The position numbers were made by a program, and so were the translations under genes. Below the pieces are notes generated by a model. The model had not been told where the DNA came from. It saw only the letters and a list, made by a program, of their open reading frames with translations, and did not search any database. This document shows, piece by piece, positions 18,707 through 30,604 of a stretch of 64,000 nt of DNA (the first letter of the stretch is position 1; every line of letters begins with the position of its first letter). This DNA is from Rhizobium sp. Q54 (GTDB taxonomy: Bacteria; Pseudomonadota; Alphaproteobacteria; UBA7879; VGCX01): the NCBI GenBank assembly GCA_945870825.1, contig CAMBTM010000003.1, positions 5,290 through 69,289 on the forward strand, written 5' to 3'.

Positions 18707-20254
18707 ATGAAGCGACTATTTTATATCTTTTTATTCTTATCTTTTTCATATTCTCCTCAATCAGAAGGGGCGGGGTTCAAAAAAGCTTGGGAGTGGCTTA
18801 CGGGATCCCCGCATAAGGCCAGCATTGCTGCAGCAAGAAACATAGCAGGTGATGATGTATTTCCTGATCCAACGACACCTTCTACAGGTCAGTCTATCGC
18901 AAATGTCATGGACAAAGGTATTGCCATTGCTATTGGTGCTTTTGCAGGACAGGTTTTTGGAGAATTCATAACAGGTGGTGGGGGCATTGGGGCCGGCATT
19001 ACAACCGGGGTCGTGGTTGCTGTTTCTGTCCTTTATGACCCCATTCTTGACAAAGCAACAGCACTATTTGGATCCTGTAAAAGAGCTTTTCGGGCAAAGC
19101 ATTGGAAAGAAATGGCTGGCGATGGGACGGCCCTCGTTTTGGGAGCAGGAACGGCAGCGCCTTGGATCCCTCTTGGTGTTTCTCTATTGGTTCAAACTCT
19201 TATCCCGCAAGGAAAATGCTTAGATGATGTGCCATATGCCAATGTGTCAGCCACGGCACTTACTGTTTTTGGTGTAGTGGCTTTTGGTAATGCGACCCGT
19301 GTTCTTTTTAAACTGATCACATCTGACAGAAAAAGAGAACAGACCTTCTCTTTGTGGAAGCAAGGATATAAAGAATATGGACATAAAGAACTAAGTCGCA
19401 CATTAATATGGAGAATACCTTTTCTGCTTTTAAGCGTTTCATCCTTTGAAGCTATTAATATGTTTGCCCGTTACGCATCGTTGCAATACTTCTTTAATTG
19501 TCCAAAAGGAACACCAACCCCGGCAATGCCCAGTGATTGGGTGGCTTTTCAGCAAAAAACGAGTGATTTTACTGACGGCATATGGATGGCGGGTGTTATT
19601 CCTATGTCTATCCTTGTGGCAAGTGGTTGGAAGTACGGAGGATTGATCCAACACATGATCGATTCTAATGCTTGGTCACCCGTTTTGGCTTTTCTGTCTG
19701 CCAATTTTGTGGGAATATTTTCTGGTGTTATAGTTGCCCATACTATGGAAAAAAAGGTTTTACCTGCTCAATCTCTGCTTGTTCCCCTGAGTCTTGCAAC
19801 AGAAGGTCTTGGTCAATTGATGGGAGTCATTAATACTGCAACGGTGCAGTATCCTGCGGCAACGTTTGGCATATTTTCTGGGGCTGTTTTGAGTAATGTA
19901 CAAAAGGTCTTAGGCCCCCTTCAAGTGGGCAGCGGTTTGATGATAGGATCCAAGCCAGTCCTTCTTCAACTTCCCTTAGCGATTGCTAGCACCATGGCAG
20001 TAACAGTCTTTTTATACCCAGGGCTAGAGAGATTCTTTAACAGATGGGTGCATAGTGATGTTGTTGACAAAATTGACGGCGCTGGACTTTTGATGGGCCG
20101 TGTTGCAGATATGTCTCCAGAGGTATTGAGAATATTGTCGTCACAAGAAGAACAACCAACAACAGGGGGGGCAGCACGTGCGCAGAGGGTTCGAAGCGTT
20201 AATTCAACTACGTGGGTAAAAAATCCATTACCAGAAACTCCGCCACAGATTTAA
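18707..20254 (+). CDS. Polytopic Gly/Ala-rich membrane protein, unknown function
   Basis: 515 aa. Signal/anchor MKRLFYIFLFLSFSYSPQSEG, many G/A-rich TM segments (..GGGGIGAGITTGVVVAVSVL..), hydrophilic P/T/Q-rich tail. No motif recognised. Confidence 0.6.
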   Translation: MKRLFYIFLFLSFSYSPQSEGAGFKKAWEWLTGSPHKASIAAARNIAGDDVFPDPTTPSTGQSIANVMDKGIAIAIGAFAGQVFGEFITGGGGIGAGITTGVVVAVSVLYDPILDKATALFGSCKRAFRAKHWKEMAGDGTALVLGAGTAAPWIPLGVSLLVQTLIPQGKCLDDVPYANVSATALTVFGVVAFGNATRVLFKLITSDRKREQTFSLWKQGYKEYGHKELSRTLIWRIPFLLLSVSSFEAINMFARYASLQYFFNCPKGTPTPAMPSDWVAFQQKTSDFTDGIWMAGVIPMSILVASGWKYGGLIQHMIDSNAWSPVLAFLSANFVGIFSGVIVAHTMEKKVLPAQSLLVPLSLATEGLGQLMGVINTATVQYPAATFGIFSGAVLSNVQKVLGPLQVGSGLMIGSKPVLLQLPLAIASTMAVTVFLYPGLERFFNRWVHSDVVDKIDGAGLLMGRVADMSPEVLRILSSQEEQPTTGGAARAQRVRSVNSTTWVKNPLPETPPQI

Positions 20255-21639
20255 TGACGTGACGACAAAGATTTAATAATCAACGCCTTCCACTGGCCTT
20301 TTCTATACCGTCTGTAAAATAGGGAAAAGTTGATCAAGCTATAACAAGCCAAAAACGCCCAAATATTACCCGGATGTTGTTGGAGAAAGAAAAAAAAGAT
20401 ACAGATAGGAAAAATCAAAAAGATCCAAACGTTTATCAAACACATCTTCATGATGAACTTTGTATCTCCAGCAGCGGTCAAAACGCCGATCAACATCAAT
20501 GACGTGGATTCCAGAAAGAAATAAAACCAAAGCCAAACAAGAGTTGTGTAACTGTGGTGAACGATATTTTCCATAGCTAATGGATCCAATTCACTGCCTA
20601 GAAAAAGCTTAATAAAATGAGACGGAAAGATCAAAAGGGGGAGGGTTAAAAAGAACATAATCAACACATGGGTTGAAAAAGAAGACCTTAGGATTTGAGG
20701 AATCTTTGGGGGACTCCCCTGACCAATAGCGTTAGATGACAAGATCATCACCCCTTTTTGAAGGCCTTCAGGAAAGAAATAAAACAATGTATAAAGTGAA
20801 TATCCAATTTGTAGAATCGTTACATGGCATGTTCCCATGCGGTCTGCAATAATAAAGAGGATATACCAAGCGGTCATATCAACCAAATAGTTGATGGCGT
20901 TGGGACCCCCAATAGAAATGCATTCCCTGAGCGTCTTCCAACAGAGTTTACACACATTGCGCATATTTTGGTGGTCAGAGGATCTTAAGAACAGCGTACC
21001 CAATGTTACTGTTTGGGTGAGTAACCCTGTGATGGTTGCAATAGCGGCTCCCTTCGTTCCCATAGGTTCCAAAATCCCTGCCACACCAAAGATAAGAATC
21101 AGGTCAAGACATAGGTTTACAAGGTTTCCAGCAATCGCTGTCATGGTGATAATTTTTACTTTTCCACGTCCCACAAAGAACGATGCCAAGGCCACATTGA
21201 GGGGCAGCAAAAATCCCGTCGACATCATAAGTTGGTAATAAGACAAACCCTCCTTTGCAAAAGAGTCCGTTAAAACATAAGGCCCAGCCCAGATGCCAAT
21301 CGGGATGAACAGAAGGCCGAGGAATAAAGAAAACCAAACCATCTGCCAAACCGGTTGGGCGACCTTGTCGTGTTTTTTAGCGCCGTGGGTTTGGCCTACA
21401 AAAACTTCTGCAATAGAGGCGACAGACCAGGCACTAAATGACAAGGGGGCAATGGCGCTCGCAGCGGCTGCGATGGCATTCATAGCCTCAATGGAATAGT
21501 GACTAATGATGATACGATCCAAGACAATCATAAGACTGTTGGAAAGACTGATGGACATAATAGGAAGAGAAAGGGATACAATGTCCCATGTCGGTTTTGT
21601 AAAAACTTTTTTAAGATTGGTGAATGCTAACGTGCCCAT
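20251..21639 (-). CDS. MATE family efflux transporter
   Basis: 462 aa, 12 TM, two-fold internal repeat. ..LSLPIMSISLSNSLMIVLDRIIISHYS.. and ..ISIGGPNAINYLVDMTAWYILFII.. are typical MatE domain openings. Confidence 0.85.
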   Translation of the reverse strand: MGTLAFTNLKKVFTKPTWDIVSLSLPIMSISLSNSLMIVLDRIIISHYSIEAMNAIAAAASAIAPLSFSAWSVASIAEVFVGQTHGAKKHDKVAQPVWQMVWFSLFLGLLFIPIGIWAGPYVLTDSFAKEGLSYYQLMMSTGFLLPLNVALASFFVGRGKVKIITMTAIAGNLVNLCLDLILIFGVAGILEPMGTKGAAIATITGLLTQTVTLGTLFLRSSDHQNMRNVCKLCWKTLRECISIGGPNAINYLVDMTAWYILFIIADRMGTCHVTILQIGYSLYTLFYFFPEGLQKGVMILSSNAIGQGSPPKIPQILRSSFSTHVLIMFFLTLPLLIFPSHFIKLFLGSELDPLAMENIVHHSYTTLVWLWFYFFLESTSLMLIGVLTAAGDTKFIMKMCLINVWIFLIFPICIFFFFLQQHPGNIWAFLACYSLINFSLFYRRYRKGQWKALIIKSLSSRH

Positions 21640-21944
21640 AAAAAACCTTAATAATTTTATGTTTTAGAACAATTCAATATAATACCAATTTCCATTTTTA
21701 AATGAGTCCTACGTGACCGAAGGTGAATCGCGACGTTCAACGACGCAGGAGTTCAAAAAGGGGTTCAGTATAATTAAATCAGGAGAACCTATGCTTTAAA
21801 CTTTCCAATGTCAAACAGTTATTGAGGGCTCATTTTCCCCCTTAAAAACACGGTGAGTTTCTCTTGATTTTCCTTATCTTTAAGCCTCCCTTAGGCTATA
21901 GTATTTTTTAAATATTCTTCAATGATAGAGGAAAATGATTTCTT

Positions 21945-23402
21945 ATGACAGATAAAATAATCATTTTATGGTTACGTCAGGATTTGAGACTGAAAGACAA
22001 TCCCGCTCTTGTCGCAGCCTCTTCTTACCCTATTTTACCTATCTATATTAATGACACGACAGCCACCTATCAAACGGGAAGTGCAAGTCGTTGGTGGCTT
22101 CATCATTCCTTAAAAAAACTCCAAGATAGTTTGAAGGGGAACTTGTCCTTTTATCAAGGAGATCCTCAAGAGGTCCTTTTGAATTTACTGCAGCGGTTTT
22201 CAGTGCAAGGCGTTTATTGGAATCGATGTTATGAACCTTTTCAAATAGACCGCGATAAAAAAATCAAGACCTCTTTGAAAATGAAAGGTTTGGATATAAA
22301 AAGTTTTAATGGATCCCTTCTTTTCGAGCCTTGGGATGTACTTAAAAATGATGGGTCTCCTTATAAGGTTTTTACGCCTTTTTATAAAAATGGTTGTCTA
22401 TCCAGACCTGCTCCCCGAAAGCCTCTGGATGTCCCTCAAGGGTTAAATCTTTTAAAAGATAAAGAAAGTTTTTTGCTCGAAAAATTTGATTTTTTGCCAC
22501 ATCATGCTTGGAGTAAAAAATTAGAAAATCACTGGGAAATTGGAGAAGAAGCTGCCCAAAAAAGACTCTATGATTTTATAGATCACGATTTGAGGCATTA
22601 TAAAAAAGGCAGAGATTTTCCCGCCCAAAAAACAACATCTCGTCTTTCACCCTATCTTCATTTTGGCGAAGTATCCCCCAATCAAGTTTGGTACGCTGCT
22701 CAAACACAAAAACCGGATGATAATCTTATTCACTTTTTATCAGAACTTGGGTGGCGAGAATTTTCGTACTATCTTCTGTATCATTTCCCCCACCTGCCTC
22801 ATCAAAACTTTAATCCCAAATTTGATGCATTTCCTTGGATAGAGGCCCCATCTTTTCTTGAGAAGTGGCAGAAAGGAAAGACAGGATATCCTATTGTGGA
22901 TGCGGGCATGCGAGAATTATGGCAAACAGGATCCATGCACAATCGGGTCCGCATGATCGTCGGGTCTTTTTTGGTAAAAAATTTACGTCTCCACTGGCGG
23001 CAAGGGGCTTCTTGGTTTTGGGATTGTCTTGTGGATGCGGATTGTGCCAATAATAGCGCTGGGTGGCAGTGGGTTGCGGGCTCTGGTGCTGATGCCTCTC
23101 CGTATTTTAGGATTTTTAATCCTGTAACCCAGGGGCAGAAATTTGATCCAGAGGGATCTTATACATACCACCATGTGCCTGAACTTAAAAATCTGCCCAT
23201 TCGGTATCTTTTTAATCCTTGGGAAGCACCTCAAGACGTTTTAGAAAAAGCAGGAGTGATTCTTGGAAAAACGTACCCATTCCCTTTAGTGAATCTTCAA
23301 CAATCGCGCAAAGAAGCCCTTGAGGCTTTTAAAACCTTGTCTTCTCAGATTTCTGGCTCAACACCCAATTTCCCACAAGGGATACAACACCGATGCCCAT
23401 GA
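21945..23402 (+). CDS. phrB: Deoxyribodipyrimidine photolyase (class I CPD type)
   Basis: 485 aa. ..WLRQDLRLKDNPAL.., ..GWREFSYYLLYHFP.., ..TGYPIVDAGMRELWQTGSMHNRVRMIVGSFLVKNL.., ..GWQWVAGSGADASPYFRIFNP... The last ~74 bp overlap the convergent MFS gene. Confidence 0.9.
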   Translation: MTDKIIILWLRQDLRLKDNPALVAASSYPILPIYINDTTATYQTGSASRWWLHHSLKKLQDSLKGNLSFYQGDPQEVLLNLLQRFSVQGVYWNRCYEPFQIDRDKKIKTSLKMKGLDIKSFNGSLLFEPWDVLKNDGSPYKVFTPFYKNGCLSRPAPRKPLDVPQGLNLLKDKESFLLEKFDFLPHHAWSKKLENHWEIGEEAAQKRLYDFIDHDLRHYKKGRDFPAQKTTSRLSPYLHFGEVSPNQVWYAAQTQKPDDNLIHFLSELGWREFSYYLLYHFPHLPHQNFNPKFDAFPWIEAPSFLEKWQKGKTGYPIVDAGMRELWQTGSMHNRVRMIVGSFLVKNLRLHWRQGASWFWDCLVDADCANNSAGWQWVAGSGADASPYFRIFNPVTQGQKFDPEGSYTYHHVPELKNLPIRYLFNPWEAPQDVLEKAGVILGKTYPFPLVNLQQSRKEALEAFKTLSSQISGSTPNFPQGIQHRCP

Positions 23403-24585
23403 GAATCAAAGTCAGTAGAGAAGGGGTGAGATCGATGGAGGCAAGAATAGCGGGCAGGATATTCACAAGGGCATAGGTGACATTGTAACAAACTGCAATG
23501 GATGTAAAACGAATATTGGTTTGAAATGAGGCCACGAGGATGGGGAAATAACTTGAGACAAAGCCTGCGATAAACGTTTGGAAAAGCAGGCAAAAACAGA
23601 GGAGTCCCCAAAATCCTTTTTCCAAAAAACCAAAGATTGGCGAAATAAGCAGGATGAAAAAAATGCCCGTTGATAGGAAAAGATTATGTCGCCCAATATG
23701 ATCCCCCAATCGCCCAAAAATAGGGTTCAACAAAGCACACCAGATAAGCGCTAGTGTGATACAAAGATAAATATCTGCTTTTTCATGACCATAAAGCTTA
23801 CTGAGAAGAACGGGAAAATAAATATTAGTTGTGACAAGGGTTGCTAAAATAAAACCAAGGGCAATCCCTGCGCCAATAAATCCTTTTTGATTTTGCAATA
23901 CTTCTTTCAAAGGATCCCACAGAGCTTTATGGGACTGGGTCTTTTGAATAGAAAGGAATTCAGTGGTTTCTTGAAGATTGCGACGAATCAAAAGGTTGAA
24001 AATCCCAAAAACGCCGCCTATGAGAAAAGGAATACGCCACATCCAACTGATAATATCCTCAGAAGAATAAAAACTTGTTATAAAAAGGACTCCCGTGGAG
24101 GCTAAAATACTGCCTAAACTCACGCTGGAAAGAATGAACCCGCAATGACTACCTTGCTTCTTTTTTTCTAGATTTTCACTGACCACGATGATCGCGCCTG
24201 GAAGTTCGGCGCCAAACGAAAGACCTTGGATGAATCGCAAGATAAATAATAACACCGGGGCTGCTATCCCAATACTTTCATAAGAGGGCAAAAGACCAAT
24301 CCCAAGGGTTGAAGCAGCCATGGTGTACATAATATTGAGAAATGTTTTGTAACGACCTTTCACATCGCCCACAGCGCCATAAACAAAAGACCCCAAAGGT
24401 CTTGCAAAATAACCAACGGCATAAATCATATAGGTATTGATGAGGGAAACGGTTTCAGATCCTTGAAAAAAAACCTGACTGAGGAAGGGGGCAAGGTAGG
24501 CAAAAACAACGAAATCGTAATATTCAAACCCAGCGCCAAGACTGGACCAAAAGGTGACATTCTTTTTTAAATTTATTTTAATCAT
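23329..24585 (-). CDS. MFS transporter, metabolite:H+ symporter (ProP-like) family
   Basis: 418 aa. ..GAGFEYYDFVVFAYLAPFLSQVFF.. and ..GSFVYGAVGDVKGRYKT.. are typical of ProP/KgtP-type MHS transporters, which are expanded in rickettsia-like genomes. Confidence 0.85.
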   Translation of the reverse strand: MIKINLKKNVTFWSSLGAGFEYYDFVVFAYLAPFLSQVFFQGSETVSLINTYMIYAVGYFARPLGSFVYGAVGDVKGRYKTFLNIMYTMAASTLGIGLLPSYESIGIAAPVLLFILRFIQGLSFGAELPGAIIVVSENLEKKKQGSHCGFILSSVSLGSILASTGVLFITSFYSSEDIISWMWRIPFLIGGVFGIFNLLIRRNLQETTEFLSIQKTQSHKALWDPLKEVLQNQKGFIGAGIALGFILATLVTTNIYFPVLLSKLYGHEKADIYLCITLALIWCALLNPIFGRLGDHIGRHNLFLSTGIFFILLISPIFGFLEKGFWGLLCFCLLFQTFIAGFVSSYFPILVASFQTNIRFTSIAVCYNVTYALVNILPAILASIDLTPSLLTLILMGIGVVSLVGNWVLSQKSEKTRF

Positions 24586-24617
24586 GCATGTTCCTCCTTC
24601 TTAATCGCTAAAGGAAC

Positions 24618-24643
24618 GGGAGGGCAGCAGATACCGCCCTCCC
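24618..24643 (-). terminator. Possible hppA terminator hairpin
   Basis: gggagggc-N10-gccctccc, 8-bp GC stem just downstream of the hppA stop. The T-tract on the minus strand is weak (gttccttt). Confidence 0.35.
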
Positions 24644-24654
24644 TCATTGATCCT

Positions 24655-26754
24655 TTAATGGGCTAATGCCGCAAGCAATAAAAGCGCTACGATATTGATG
24701 ATTTTTATCATGGGGTTAATGGCAGGACCTGCCGTATCCTTATAAGGATCCCCCACCGTATCACCAGTGACAGAGGCACGATGCGCTTCAGAATTCTTGC
24801 CACCGTGATGACCATCTTCAATATATTTCTTGGCATTGTCCCAAGCACCACCGCCTGATGTCATAGACAGGGCGACGAAAATACCTGTAATAATCGTTCC
24901 AAGAAGCATAGCACCAAGGGCTGTAAAGGCCGCTGCTTGGTCTTCCACAGCCTTGATGATGTAGTAAAGAACAACGGGTGCTAGAATTGGAAGCAACGAT
25001 GGTAAAATCATTTCCTTAATGGCTGTCTTAGTCAAAAGATCAACAGCACGACCATAGTCTGGTTTTTCTTTTCCAGTCATGATGCCTTTGATTTCTTTAA
25101 ACTGACGACGCACTTCAACCACAACAGCACCACCAGCACGTCCGACAGCCTTCATCGCCATGGCCCCAAAAAGGTAAGGAAGTAAACCACCAATGAAAAG
25201 ACCCACGACAACGTAGGGATCCTGCAAACGGAACTCACACTGTAAGTGCGGGAAATAGTGTTTGAGGTCTTCTGTGTAGGCTGCAAAAAGCACAAGGGCT
25301 GCAAGGGCGGCCGATCCAATGGCATACCCCTTCGTCACAGCCTTGGTTGTGTTGCCAACCGCGTCCAGTGCATCTGTGACTTTACGAACACTTTCAGGTA
25401 AAGACGCCATTTCTGCAATGCCGCCTGCGTTATCCGTCACAGGTCCATAAGCATCAAGGGCGATAATGATACCCGCAAGAGACAACATGGTGGTCGCTGC
25501 AATGGCAACCCCGTAAAGATCGGCTGTCATATAGGAAAAAATGATTCCCATACAGATGATCAATACTGGTAGTGCCGTTGCTTCCATGGAAACAGCAAGT
25601 CCTTGGATAATATTGGTCGCATGACCCGTTTCAGAAGCCTGCGCAATACTTTTGACCGGACGATAAAGGGTGGACGTGTAATATTCTGTCACCCAAACCA
25701 AAAGACCAGTCACCAAAAGACCCGTCATGGCACAAATCATAAGACCATCGCTTGAAACAAGTTTCTTGCCAAGAGTCAGGACTTCTGTCCCAAAAACCCA
25801 CTGGGTTGAATAGTGAATGAGGCCCGCTGAAATAATAGCAGAGACAAACAAGGCCTTATAAAGGGCGTTCATGACATTCTTGTTTTTACCAAGTTTGACG
25901 AAGAATGTACCAATGACAGAACCGATAATACAAACGCCACCAATAAGCAATGGATATACCATAACAAGTTCTTGGATGTGGCTGCCTGTAAAGTAGATGT
26001 ATCCGATTAACATGGTGGCAACAATGGTCACCACATAAGTTTCAAAAAGGTCAGCAGCCATGCCAGCGCAGTCACCGACGTTGTCGCCAACGTTATCGGC
26101 AATCACCGCGGGGTTCCGTGGATCATCTTCTGGGATTCCAGCTTCGATTTTACCAACCAAGTCGGCTCCAACGTCTGCACCCTTTGTGAAGATACCACCT
26201 CCCAAACGGGCAAAGATGGAAATAAGGGACGCACCAAAACTCAAGGCCACAAGACCTTCAAGGAGAAGGCGGGTGTCGGTATTATAGTGAAGGAGCGTGA
26301 TATAGTAACCCGCAACACCCAACAATGCCAATCCAACAACCAAGAGACCTGTCACGGCACCTGACTTGAAGGCAATCCCCAGGGCTTTTTCAATCCCAGT
26401 CTTTGCGGCTTCAGCCGTTCGCACATTAGCCCTGACAGAAACATGCATCCCGATATATCCAGCAATTCCTGAAAGAACAGCACCAATCACAAAACCAATG
26501 CCTACATGGGTTCCCATAAACATCCACAAGATAAGGGTGATAACAGCACCGACCAACCCAATGGTTTGGTATTGGCGGTTGAGGTAAGCACGCGCCCCTT
26601 CTTGAATAGCCTGGGCGATAGCCTGCATCTTTTCTGTTCCTGCTGGCGCAGACAAAATGGAAAAGGCAGTGATAAATCCATAAGCAAGGGCAAGACCGCC
26701 ACAAGCAATGATGAGTGTATGAATGGTCGACATAGTTTCTTTAAACTCCTTCAC
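24655..26754 (-). CDS. hppA: H+-translocating membrane pyrophosphatase, K+-independent type
   Basis: 699 aa. ..[19 protein letters not shown].., ..[12 protein letters not shown].., ..[15 protein letters not shown]... The GNTTKA motif (Lys rather than Ala) marks the K+-independent subfamily. Confidence 0.95.
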   Translation of the reverse strand: MKEFKETMSTIHTLIIACGGLALAYGFITAFSILSAPAGTEKMQAIAQAIQEGARAYLNRQYQTIGLVGAVITLILWMFMGTHVGIGFVIGAVLSGIAGYIGMHVSVRANVRTAEAAKTGIEKALGIAFKSGAVTGLLVVGLALLGVAGYYITLLHYNTDTRLLLEGLVALSFGASLISIFARLGGGIFTKGADVGADLVGKIEAGIPEDDPRNPAVIADNVGDNVGDCAGMAADLFETYVVTIVATMLIGYIYFTGSHIQELVMVYPLLIGGVCIIGSVIGTFFVKLGKNKNVMNALYKALFVSAIISAGLIHYSTQWVFGTEVLTLGKKLVSSDGLMICAMTGLLVTGLLVWVTEYYTSTLYRPVKSIAQASETGHATNIIQGLAVSMEATALPVLIICMGIIFSYMTADLYGVAIAATTMLSLAGIIIALDAYGPVTDNAGGIAEMASLPESVRKVTDALDAVGNTTKAVTKGYAIGSAALAALVLFAAYTEDLKHYFPHLQCEFRLQDPYVVVGLFIGGLLPYLFGAMAMKAVGRAGGAVVVEVRRQFKEIKGIMTGKEKPDYGRAVDLLTKTAIKEMILPSLLPILAPVVLYYIIKAVEDQAAAFTALGAMLLGTIITGIFVALSMTSGGGAWDNAKKYIEDGHHGGKNSEAHRASVTGDTVGDPYKDTAGPAINPMIKIINIVALLLLAALAH

Positions 26755-26820
26755 TATTTAATTAAGGGTCCCAGCTTATGCAAAATCATTCAAAAAATCC
26801 ACAGAAAATTCCAAAAACAT

Positions 26821-26850
26821 CTTGACCTCTTTTAGAAAGGGTTTTATAAC
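26821..26850 (+). promoter_or_regulatory. Putative groESL promoter (sigma70/sigma32-like)
   Basis: cTTGACc (26822-26827), 17-bp spacer, TATAAC (26845-26850), directly abutting the CIRCE operator. Confidence 0.5.
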
Positions 26851-26854
26851 GACT

Positions 26855-26881
26855 TTAGCACTCTCAGTATATGAGTGCTAA
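26855..26881 (+). promoter_or_regulatory. CIRCE operator (HrcA binding site)
   Basis: Perfect consensus TTAGCACTC-N9-GAGTGCTAA (ttagcactc tcagtatat gagtgctaa), 33 bp upstream of the groES ATG. Confidence 0.95.
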
Positions 26882-26913
26882 TTAATGTAAAAAGTGCAAA
26901 AAGGAGTCTAGAA

Positions 26914-27201
26914 ATGAAATTCCAACCATTACATGATCGCGTTCTTGTAAAACGCCTCGAAGGGGAATCAAAAACTGCTGGCGGGATTATCATCCCTGAT
27001 ACGGCCAAAGAAAAACCCATTGAAGGCGAAGTGATCGCTGTTGGCCCAGGGGCCCGTGATGAAAGCGGAAAAGTAACCCCGCTTTGTGTGGCAAAAGGTG
27101 ACCGCGTCCTTTTCGGTAAATGGTCAGGGACTGAAGTCAAGCTTAATGGAGAAGATCTTCTCATTATGAAGGAATCTGATCTTTTCGGCATCATTGCTTA
27201 A
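26914..27201 (+). CDS. groES: Co-chaperonin GroES
   Basis: ATG at 26914 preceded by AAGGAG (26901-26906). [43 protein letters not shown]. Confidence 0.97.
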   Translation: MKFQPLHDRVLVKRLEGESKTAGGIIIPDTAKEKPIEGEVIAVGPGARDESGKVTPLCVAKGDRVLFGKWSGTEVKLNGEDLLIMKESDLFGIIA

Positions 27202-27220
27202 AAGATAATTGTACGATTAG

Positions 27221-28894
<1,674 letters not shown>

Positions 28895-28935
28895 TCCCAG
28901 ATCCCCAGCTTTTCTGAAGCCCTTGCTTTATTAAT

Positions 28936-28972
28936 AAAAAACCACAGTTCCAAAAGGGGCTGTGGTTTTTTT
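28936..28972 (+). terminator. Rho-independent terminator of groESL
   Basis: aaaaaccacag-N12-ctgtggttttttt, stem followed by a T-run, 42 bp after the groEL stop. Confidence 0.75.
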
Positions 28973-29078
28973 ATAGATGACTTAGGACTCCCAAAAAACT
29001 TATTTTCTTTTTTTGACTTTTTCGAAAATTCGAAAATAAGAAGCAGCATGAGACAATCATGAAAAAGAGGATCTACTC

Positions 29079-30134
29079 ATGAATATTAAGAATCTCCTTC
29101 AGGAAAAGTCATAAAAGTATTAACAGGCTATCACTCTTTCCTTCCCAATCCTCATCTTCTTTTAAGGCCGTTTATTACACGTGAAGCTGTTCTCTCAAGT
29201 AAAATTCAAGGAACCCAGGCAAAATTCTTGCTCAAGAAGCTGGTATACGTGTAGATCGAAATCCAGATGATTTACAAGAGGTTCACAACTATATTTTAGC
29301 CCTAGAATATGGTCTTTTACGCTTAAAAAATCTTCCCCTATCGCTACGGCTTATAAAAGAAATTCATGAAAAACTCATGCAAGGCGTAAGAGGATCCCAC
29401 GCAACACCAGGAGAATTTAGAAAATCACAAAATTGGATAGGAAAACCCGGATCCACACTCAACAATGCAAAATATATCCCACCAACGCCTGATCATCTAC
29501 AAGACTGTCTCAGCGCTTTTGAGATGTTCTTACATGATAGAACCCTTCCTCCTCTTATTCATATAGCTCTTTGCCACTATCAATTTGAAGCCATTCACCC
29601 CTTTTTAGAAGGTAATGGACGTGTAGGGCGCTTGTTGATTACGTTACTTCTGATCGAATGGAATATTTTACCATCCCCTCTTCTCTATCTAAGCGCTTTT
29701 TTTGAAGCAACAAGAAATGAATACTACAAACAACTCTATGACATAAGTCATTATGGAACATGGCGGGATTGGTTCTTGTATTTTCTAAGTGGCATTGCAG
29801 TCCAAGGACTTGACGTTTTATCGAGAGCAGAGCGTGTCAATGAATTAATCACAAAATGGCAAATTGAAGCAAGTGAGCGAGCCGATAATGTCGTACAACA
29901 TATTATAAAGCACCTCGCAGTCAATCCATACTGTACGACGAAAAAATAGCTGATCAGCTAGAAATCGCTTTTACGACAGCACAAAGAGCCATTGCAAAAC
30001 TTGAAAATTTAGGAATTCTCGTTCAAATATCTAAAGGTAAAAGGCACAGAGTGTATTGCGCTATCCAGATTCTAGAAATTTTAGAAGAATCTACAAAAAT
30101 TATGGAAACGCTGGATGGCACACTACAGGCGTGA
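29079..30134 (+). pseudogene. Fic/DOC family (AMPylase-type) gene, decayed by several frame disruptions
   Basis: The central ORF 29377-29949 carries the Fic motif HPFLEGNGRVGRLL. The upstream piece (..RPFITREAVLSSKIQGTQA..) is in another frame with a stop at 29252. The linking part (..ILAQEAGIRVDRNPDDLQEVHNYILALEYGLLRLKNLPLSLRLIKEIHEKLMQGVRG) is in the ORF frame. The C-terminal wHTH (IADQLEIAFTTAQRAIAKLENLGILVQISKGKRHRVY..) is shifted after an A6 run at 29941-29946. Confidence 0.75.
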
Positions 30135-30169
30135 TTAAGACCGTGACCCCTTAATGATCAAGCATATCT

Positions 30170-30604
30170 TTACCGATGATACGGATGGCCCTGGATGATT
30201 TGCTGGGCGCGGTAGAGTTGTTCTAACAGCATGACACGCACCATGAGATGGGGCCAGGTGGCCTTGCCAAAGGCGATTTTTTTATGGACATGGGGGGTAA
30301 TGCTTTTGTCAAACCCGTCAGCAGTTCCAATCAGAAAACAAAAATGAGAGTGGCCTTCGACTTGTTTTCCTTCAATCCACTGGGTAAACAAAGGACTTGT
30401 CAGATTTTCACCCATTTCATCAAGGGCAATAACCACAGCATCTTTGGGGATTTTTTCAATAAAAAGAGACGTTGCATTTTTCGACGTGTTCTCCGGGACT
30501 TCGACCACAGATACTTTCCAAAAAAGTCGCTTTTCGTATTCCTTCATCAAAAGTTGCAAGGGACCTGCTTTGAGATACCCCCCTGCAATAAGGGTGATTT
30601 TCAT
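30170..30604 (-). CDS. rlmH: 23S rRNA (pseudouridine1915-N3)-methyltransferase RlmH
   Basis: ORF 30170-30646. ATG at 30604 (MKITLIAGGYLK..). SPOUT C-terminus ..FLIGTADGF..FGKATWPHLMVRVMLLEQLYRA... 4-bp overlap with rsfS. Confidence 0.9.
   Translation of the reverse strand: MKITLIAGGYLKAGPLQLLMKEYEKRLFWKVSVVEVPENTSKNATSLFIEKIPKDAVVIALDEMGENLTSPLFTQWIEGKQVEGHSHFCFLIGTADGFDKSITPHVHKKIAFGKATWPHLMVRVMLLEQLYRAQQIIQGHPYHR

Noticed and set aside
23329-23402. A 74-bp convergent overlap of phrB and the MFS gene as a possible antisense regulatory arrangement
   Set aside because: It is probably just a non-conserved C-terminal extension of phrB running to the first stop. The conserved photolyase core ends near ..RKEALEAFKTL, and nothing else supports regulation.
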